A stretch of 64,000 nucleotides of DNA from Candidatus Saccharimonadales bacterium (GTDB lineage Bacteria; Patescibacteriota; Saccharimonadia; Saccharimonadales; JAYRRP01), in assembly GCA_041910055.1 (NCBI GenBank), contig JAYRRP010000004.1, positions 67,804 through 131,803 on the forward strand, given 5' to 3'. Positions within the stretch are counted from its first letter, which is position 1. Every line of letters starts with the position of its first letter. Below, in pieces: positions 59,391 to 64,000 of the stretch. The notes under the pieces are model-generated. The model was given only the letters and a program-made list of their open reading frames with translations, was not told where the DNA came from and did no database searches. The position numbers were made by a program, and so were the translations under genes.

Positions 59391-59508
59391 AAACAACGTT
59401 TCTTGCTATTCAAGTCTTTGGTTAATCGCCAAAGATTTTTATTTTTTAAGGCAACAATTTTGTGTAAGGTCGATGCGCAAAATAAAATTACTATAATGAG
59501 GTAGTAAA

Positions 59509-60036
59509 ATGGCAATTAGTAAAACCAAAAAAGAAGAAGTGGTTCAGGAAATTGGACAGTTGCTGAGTAGTACAAAGCTCACAGTCGTAGCATCATATCA
59601 AGGCACTGACGTCAAAGGAATGCAACAGCTCAGAAAGGCTGCGCGCGAAAACCACACCACTGTACGAGTTGCGAAGAACCGCTTGGTAGCTAAAGCACTT
59701 TTGTCTAACGACCAGCTAAAAGGCGTGGATCTTTCAGCCCTTAAAGGACAGTTACTCTATGCTTTTAACGCCGAAGATGAAGTAGCGGGAGCTCAAGTCT
59801 TAGCTACGTTTGCCAAAACAAACCCAAGTGTCGAGTTTATCGGCGCCATTACACCAGAAGGTGTCTTTATGGCAGCGGACGATGTAAAAGCCTTGGCTGC
59901 ATTGCCAAGTAAAGATCAACTGCGCGCTCAGTTAATCGGTACGCTTCAAGCACCATTCGGTAGCTTTGTAAATGTACTGGCTGGTAACGTACGCGGCATA
60001 CTAAATGTGTTAAACGCTCGAGCAGAATCATTGTAA
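59509..60036 (+). CDS. rplJ: 50S ribosomal protein L10
   Basis: [16 protein letters not shown]; position before rplL. Confidence 0.96.
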   Translation: MAISKTKKEEVVQEIGQLLSSTKLTVVASYQGTDVKGMQQLRKAARENHTTVRVAKNRLVAKALLSNDQLKGVDLSALKGQLLYAFNAEDEVAGAQVLATFAKTNPSVEFIGAITPEGVFMAADDVKALAALPSKDQLRAQLIGTLQAPFGSFVNVLAGNVRGILNVLNARAESL

Positions 60037-60056
60037 TAGAACGAAAGGACAATTTT

Positions 60057-60470
60057 ATGGCAGAAGAAAATAAGAAGGTAGAAGTTCCAAAAGAATTCGA
60101 AAAACTGGTCAGTGAGCTGGACAAAATGTCTGCGCTTGAAATCAGTAAATTTGTAAAATTTCTCGAGGAATATTGGGGAGTAAGTGCAGCTGCACCTGCT
60201 GTTGCAGTGGCTGCACCAGCAGCAGGTGGCGGTGAACAAGCGGAAGCCAGCGAAGAGAAAAGTGAGTACGACGTAGTCTTGAAAGATGCCGGCGCTCAAA
60301 AGGTGGCCGTTATTAAGGCCGTAAAAGAAATCACGAACTTAGGTCTGGGTGAGGCAAAAGCTCTGGTAGACGGTGCGCCAAAGACAATCCTTGAAAAGGT
60401 CAAGAAAGACGACGCCGAAAAAGCCAAGAAATCTCTTGAAGAAGCTGGTGCTACAGCTGAGTTAGCGTAA
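60057..60470 (+). CDS. rplL: 50S ribosomal protein L7/L12
   Basis: WGVSAAAP hinge, [20 protein letters not shown]. Confidence 0.98.
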   Translation: MAEENKKVEVPKEFEKLVSELDKMSALEISKFVKFLEEYWGVSAAAPAVAVAAPAAGGGEQAEASEEKSEYDVVLKDAGAQKVAVIKAVKEITNLGLGEAKALVDGAPKTILEKVKKDDAEKAKKSLEEAGATAELA

Positions 60471-60625
60471 AGAACTTCCTATTCTATAATTTACTAATTA
60501 TTGTAGAGGGTGTCAGTACGTTTATCCACAGTAGATGTATTTGTTTTTGACTGAAAAAAGCAAATATGATATTTTTAGGCGTAAGTGTACCTAGACAAAC
60601 ACTTCTTGGGAGACAAAGGAATATC

Positions 60626-61135
60626 ATGGCAGACGTACCAGATAAACAAGTCAAACGTCTGAAGAGCCTCATCCAGGAGGCAGAGACCAGTTTGGCTGCA
60701 GCAAAAGAGCTATTACTTAGTTTGGTTGGCGAGGAACCAGAAGTAACCGCCTCAGTAAAAGAAGAAGCACTCGGTAAGATTGTCGAGGGAGTTTTTGATG
60801 GGCAGAACATGGTTGGTTCAGACAGTAAGACCTATCCGGTACCAGCTAATTACGCCTCAAAATCTAAACTCGTGCAAGGTGACATCCTTAAGCTGACCAT
60901 TGCTGAGGATGGTTCCTTTATGTACAAACAAATTGGCCCCATCCCTCGCAAGCAACTAGTTGGCGCTCTAGAATTGAAAGACGGTCACTATTTTGTCGTC
61001 GTCGGTGACAAACGTTACCGCGTACTGCTCGCCAGTGTGACCTATTTTAAAGCTAAACCTGGCGATCAGGTGAGTGTGAACGTACCCGAAGAAGATGATA
61101 GCGCCGAGTGGGCAGCCCTCGAAGCTGCACTCTAA
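60626..61135 (+). CDS. Conserved hypothetical protein (N-terminal coiled coil plus beta-rich region)
   Basis: AAGGA RBS; IVEGVFDGQNM, YPVPANYASKSKLV, YRVLLASVTYFK. Confidence 0.8.
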   Translation: MADVPDKQVKRLKSLIQEAETSLAAAKELLLSLVGEEPEVTASVKEEALGKIVEGVFDGQNMVGSDSKTYPVPANYASKSKLVQGDILKLTIAEDGSFMYKQIGPIPRKQLVGALELKDGHYFVVVGDKRYRVLLASVTYFKAKPGDQVSVNVPEEDDSAEWAALEAAL

Positions 61136-61236
61136 GCCTTAGCCGACCAACTAACCCCAAGCCAGCCACGCACAGACATTTTGTGCGAGATTACACAACA
61201 CTTGCTCATAGAGATTTTCAGTATAATAAGTAGGCT

Positions 61237-62613
61237 ATGGGGCAAGTGTTATACAGGAAATACCGGTCACGTAATTTTGATGAAGTCGTCGGACAAGATC
61301 ATATTGTCCAGGCCCTCAAAAATTCGCTCAAATCTGGCAAAATCAGCCATGCTTATCTTTTTACTGGGCCGCGTGGTGTAGGAAAGACTAGCATTGCCCG
61401 CATCTTAGCACACGCAGTGAACGACTTGGACTACCAGAACGAGAGCACTAATATCGACATAATAGAAATCGATGCGGCCAGCAATCGTCGTATCGACGAA
61501 ATCCGTGATTTACGGGAGAAAGCCCGCGTTCTGCCGGTGGCTGCCAAATACAAGGTGTACATTATCGACGAAGTTCACATGCTGACTCGCGAGGCCTTTA
61601 ATGCACTCCTTAAAACGCTCGAAGAGCCTCCCGCACATGTCGTATTTATTTTAGCTACCACTGAGGCCCACAAGTTGCCAGCAACCATCATTAGCCGTAC
61701 CCAACGCTACTCATTTAAGCCAATTGCTGCGAACATTATGAATAAACACCTGGTACTCATTGCGAAACGTGAGAACATAGAGATCGAACCACCAGCGCTT
61801 GAGATTATCGCCAAACAAGCCGACGGAAGTTTCCGCGATGCAATTAGTCTTTTGGATCAAACCCGCGGCCTCTCCTCACCAATAGATGTGTCTCAGGTAC
61901 AGTCATTACTTGGCGTTATGCCTGAAACAAGTGTTGATAATCTACTCGAGCTATTACGTGAAGGTGACGGCGCCAAACTCAGTCATAGTTTGCAAGATTT
62001 AGCACGGCAATCATACAACCCGGTCACATTAAGTAACCAAATCATTCAACGATTACGCCAACAATTATTGGCTTCAAATAGCCGCGAAGAACAATTAAGA
62101 CTGTTAAGCCTTTCACACAAACTTCTTAAGGTACCCTCCCAAGCTCAACCATTGCACTACCTTGAACTGATTCTGCTGGAAGAAGCGCTCGGCAAAACCT
62201 CTGTAAACACAGATAGTAAGCCGAGACAAGCAAACCCGGAAACCACACCGCATCAAAAGACCGCTACCGCCAAAAGAGTTAAACAAGCTAAACTTGATGA
62301 ACAATTATGGTCGTCAGTTTTAGAAACAATTAAGGAGCACCACAACACGCTCTACGGCATATTGAGGATGGGAAGTGCAAATTTCGAGGGGGCCGTGCTG
62401 GTCTTAAGTTTTGAATTTCCATTTCACCAACGTCGAATTTCAGAAACGAAAAACAAGCAAATAATTATTGAGACTATCCAGAAATTATGCGGCCAAACGG
62501 TCACCATAGAATGCCGCATCCATAAACCAACCACTGCCGCCCCTACAAACGAAAATATTGCCCTTCAAACGATAAGCAATATTTTTGGTGATGCAGAAGT
62601 GCTAGACTCGTAA
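61237..62613 (+). CDS. dnaX: DNA polymerase III subunit gamma/tau
   Basis: LYRKYR, GPRGVGKTS, EIDAAS, DEVHML, ALLKTLEEPP. Confidence 0.97.
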   Translation: MGQVLYRKYRSRNFDEVVGQDHIVQALKNSLKSGKISHAYLFTGPRGVGKTSIARILAHAVNDLDYQNESTNIDIIEIDAASNRRIDEIRDLREKARVLPVAAKYKVYIIDEVHMLTREAFNALLKTLEEPPAHVVFILATTEAHKLPATIISRTQRYSFKPIAANIMNKHLVLIAKRENIEIEPPALEIIAKQADGSFRDAISLLDQTRGLSSPIDVSQVQSLLGVMPETSVDNLLELLREGDGAKLSHSLQDLARQSYNPVTLSNQIIQRLRQQLLASNSREEQLRLLSLSHKLLKVPSQAQPLHYLELILLEEALGKTSVNTDSKPRQANPETTPHQKTATAKRVKQAKLDEQLWSSVLETIKEHHNTLYGILRMGSANFEGAVLVLSFEFPFHQRRISETKNKQIIIETIQKLCGQTVTIECRIHKPTTAAPTNENIALQTISNIFGDAEVLDS

Positions 62614-62631
62614 ATTATAGGTAGGAAGAAT

Positions 62632-63996
62632 ATGCCAAACGGGCCCGATGACGCCATAATACCGCCGCAGAACACAGAAGCAGAGGCTAGCCTGCTGGGA
62701 GCTTTGCTAATAGACAGTGACGCGATTGTGAAAATCGCCGACCAACTGACACCAGGCGATTTTTATGACCCAAAACACCAGCATATCTACGAGGCAGCCA
62801 AACAACTTTATGATAAACACAGTCCAATTGACGTACTAACTCTCTCTGACCAGCTTAAATCCAATGACATGCTTGAAGAGGTAGGGGGAGCCGCCTATTT
62901 AACTGAGCTGACAAATTTTGTGCCAACTGCTGCTCATATCGAAAAATATGCTGAAATTGTTGCCCAAAAGTCTTTACGGCGACGTCTTATAAAAGCTTCA
63001 CAGGAGATCGTTACCCTCGGCTATAACGAAGCCGAAAACCTGCCAGACCTCATCGAACAAGCTGAAAGCCGTCTTTTTGAGGTTAGCCAGCGCCACGTTA
63101 AACAAGACGTAACCAGTTTGGAATCAATTCTCTCAGAGAGCTTTGACCGGCTGGACGAGCTACATAAAGATAAAGATAAAATCCGTGGTATTCCGACCGG
63201 TTTTAAAGACCTCGATAATATTCTTGCCGGACTGCAACAATCAGATCTTTTCATTCTTGCTGCCCGGCCTTCGATGGGGAAAACGGCACTCGCCCTCAAT
63301 ATTGCTCACAATGTTTCCTTAGGTGCCAAACAACCAGTCTTACTTTTCAGTTTAGAAATGAGCAAAGAACAGCTTGTGGACCGAATGCTGGCAATGGAAT
63401 CAGGCGTCCACGCCTGGGCCCTTCGGACCGGCAATTTATCTGATTCAGATTTTGAAAAAATTGGTCAGGCTATGGGAGCTTTGAGCGAAGCCAGTATTTA
63501 TATCGATGATACTCCTAGCATCACAGTGAGTGAACTGCGCACGAAGGCGCGTCGTGAGGCTCATAAACACCAGCTTGGCCTGATTATTGTCGACTACTTG
63601 CAACTAATGAGTGGGGGCTCCCGCTTCAGCGGTGACGGTAACCGAGTCCAAGAAATCACTGAAATATCAAGAGGACTCAAGAGCATCGCGCGCGAGCTGA
63701 ACGTGTCGTTAATTGCGCTAAGCCAGCTCAGTCGTTCAGTCGAAAGTCGTAGTCCACAAATCCCGCAACTACAAGATCTTAGGGAATCAGGCTCAATCGA
63801 ACAAGACGCGGATGTAGTTGCTTTTATTTACCGAGAGGACTACTACAATCCAGAGACTGAGCGTCGTAACTTAACTGATATCCTGATTAAGAAACACCGT
63901 AATGGGCCAACCGGAGGTGTTGAACTTTTCTTCGACCGCGAAACCCAACGTTTCCGAAGTCTGGACAAAAAACACACTCAACCGTTTGCCGACTAA
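62632..63996 (+). CDS. dnaB: Replicative DNA helicase
   Basis: ARPSMGKT, FSLEM, IVDYLQLM, SQLSR, LRESGSIEQDAD. Confidence 0.98.
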   Translation: MPNGPDDAIIPPQNTEAEASLLGALLIDSDAIVKIADQLTPGDFYDPKHQHIYEAAKQLYDKHSPIDVLTLSDQLKSNDMLEEVGGAAYLTELTNFVPTAAHIEKYAEIVAQKSLRRRLIKASQEIVTLGYNEAENLPDLIEQAESRLFEVSQRHVKQDVTSLESILSESFDRLDELHKDKDKIRGIPTGFKDLDNILAGLQQSDLFILAARPSMGKTALALNIAHNVSLGAKQPVLLFSLEMSKEQLVDRMLAMESGVHAWALRTGNLSDSDFEKIGQAMGALSEASIYIDDTPSITVSELRTKARREAHKHQLGLIIVDYLQLMSGGSRFSGDGNRVQEITEISRGLKSIARELNVSLIALSQLSRSVESRSPQIPQLQDLRESGSIEQDADVVAFIYREDYYNPETERRNLTDILIKKHRNGPTGGVELFFDRETQRFRSLDKKHTQPFAD

Positions 63997-64000
63997 ACCA

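Noticed and set aside
61237-62613. Programmed frameshift in dnaX
   Set aside because: No A AAA AAG or long poly-A slippery site found; single continuous ORF

Overview
Core-genome segment of a Patescibacteria (CPR) bacterium, most likely Saccharibacteria (TM7). Support: rpmD/L30 is absent between rpsE and rplO, there is a Tmk-ThyX fusion, and UGA is used as stop with a tRNA-Trp(CCA), i.e. code 11. Contents: recG, rsmD, hisS, tig, clpP, rpoBC, the str, S10, spc and alpha ribosomal clusters, rplM-rpsI, trpS, an RluA-family gene, holB, five tRNAs, a minus-strand block (GT4-GH57-GH15, a large exported orphan, pyrF-pyrE), secE-nusG-rplK-rplA, a thymidylate cluster (tmk-dcd-tmk/thyX), rplJ-rplL, dnaX and dnaB. 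Main observations: (1) two apparently complete leader-peptide attenuators missed by the ORF track, an aromatic/Trp-rich one before a 55-aa ORF plus trpS and an aliphatic-rich one before an uncharacterised 406-aa protein with a HIGH-like motif; (2) systematic loss of Cys4 structural zinc sites, including both in RNA polymerase beta-prime; (3) an EF-G with NKIN instead of NKxD and a rewritten G5 motif; (4) a CIRCE operator overlapping the clpP promoter; (5) many apparently leaderless genes; (6) small orphan ORFs inserted in conserved operons; (7) candidate structured leaders before rpsJ and rplC. All calls were made by eye from motifs and no database searches were run.
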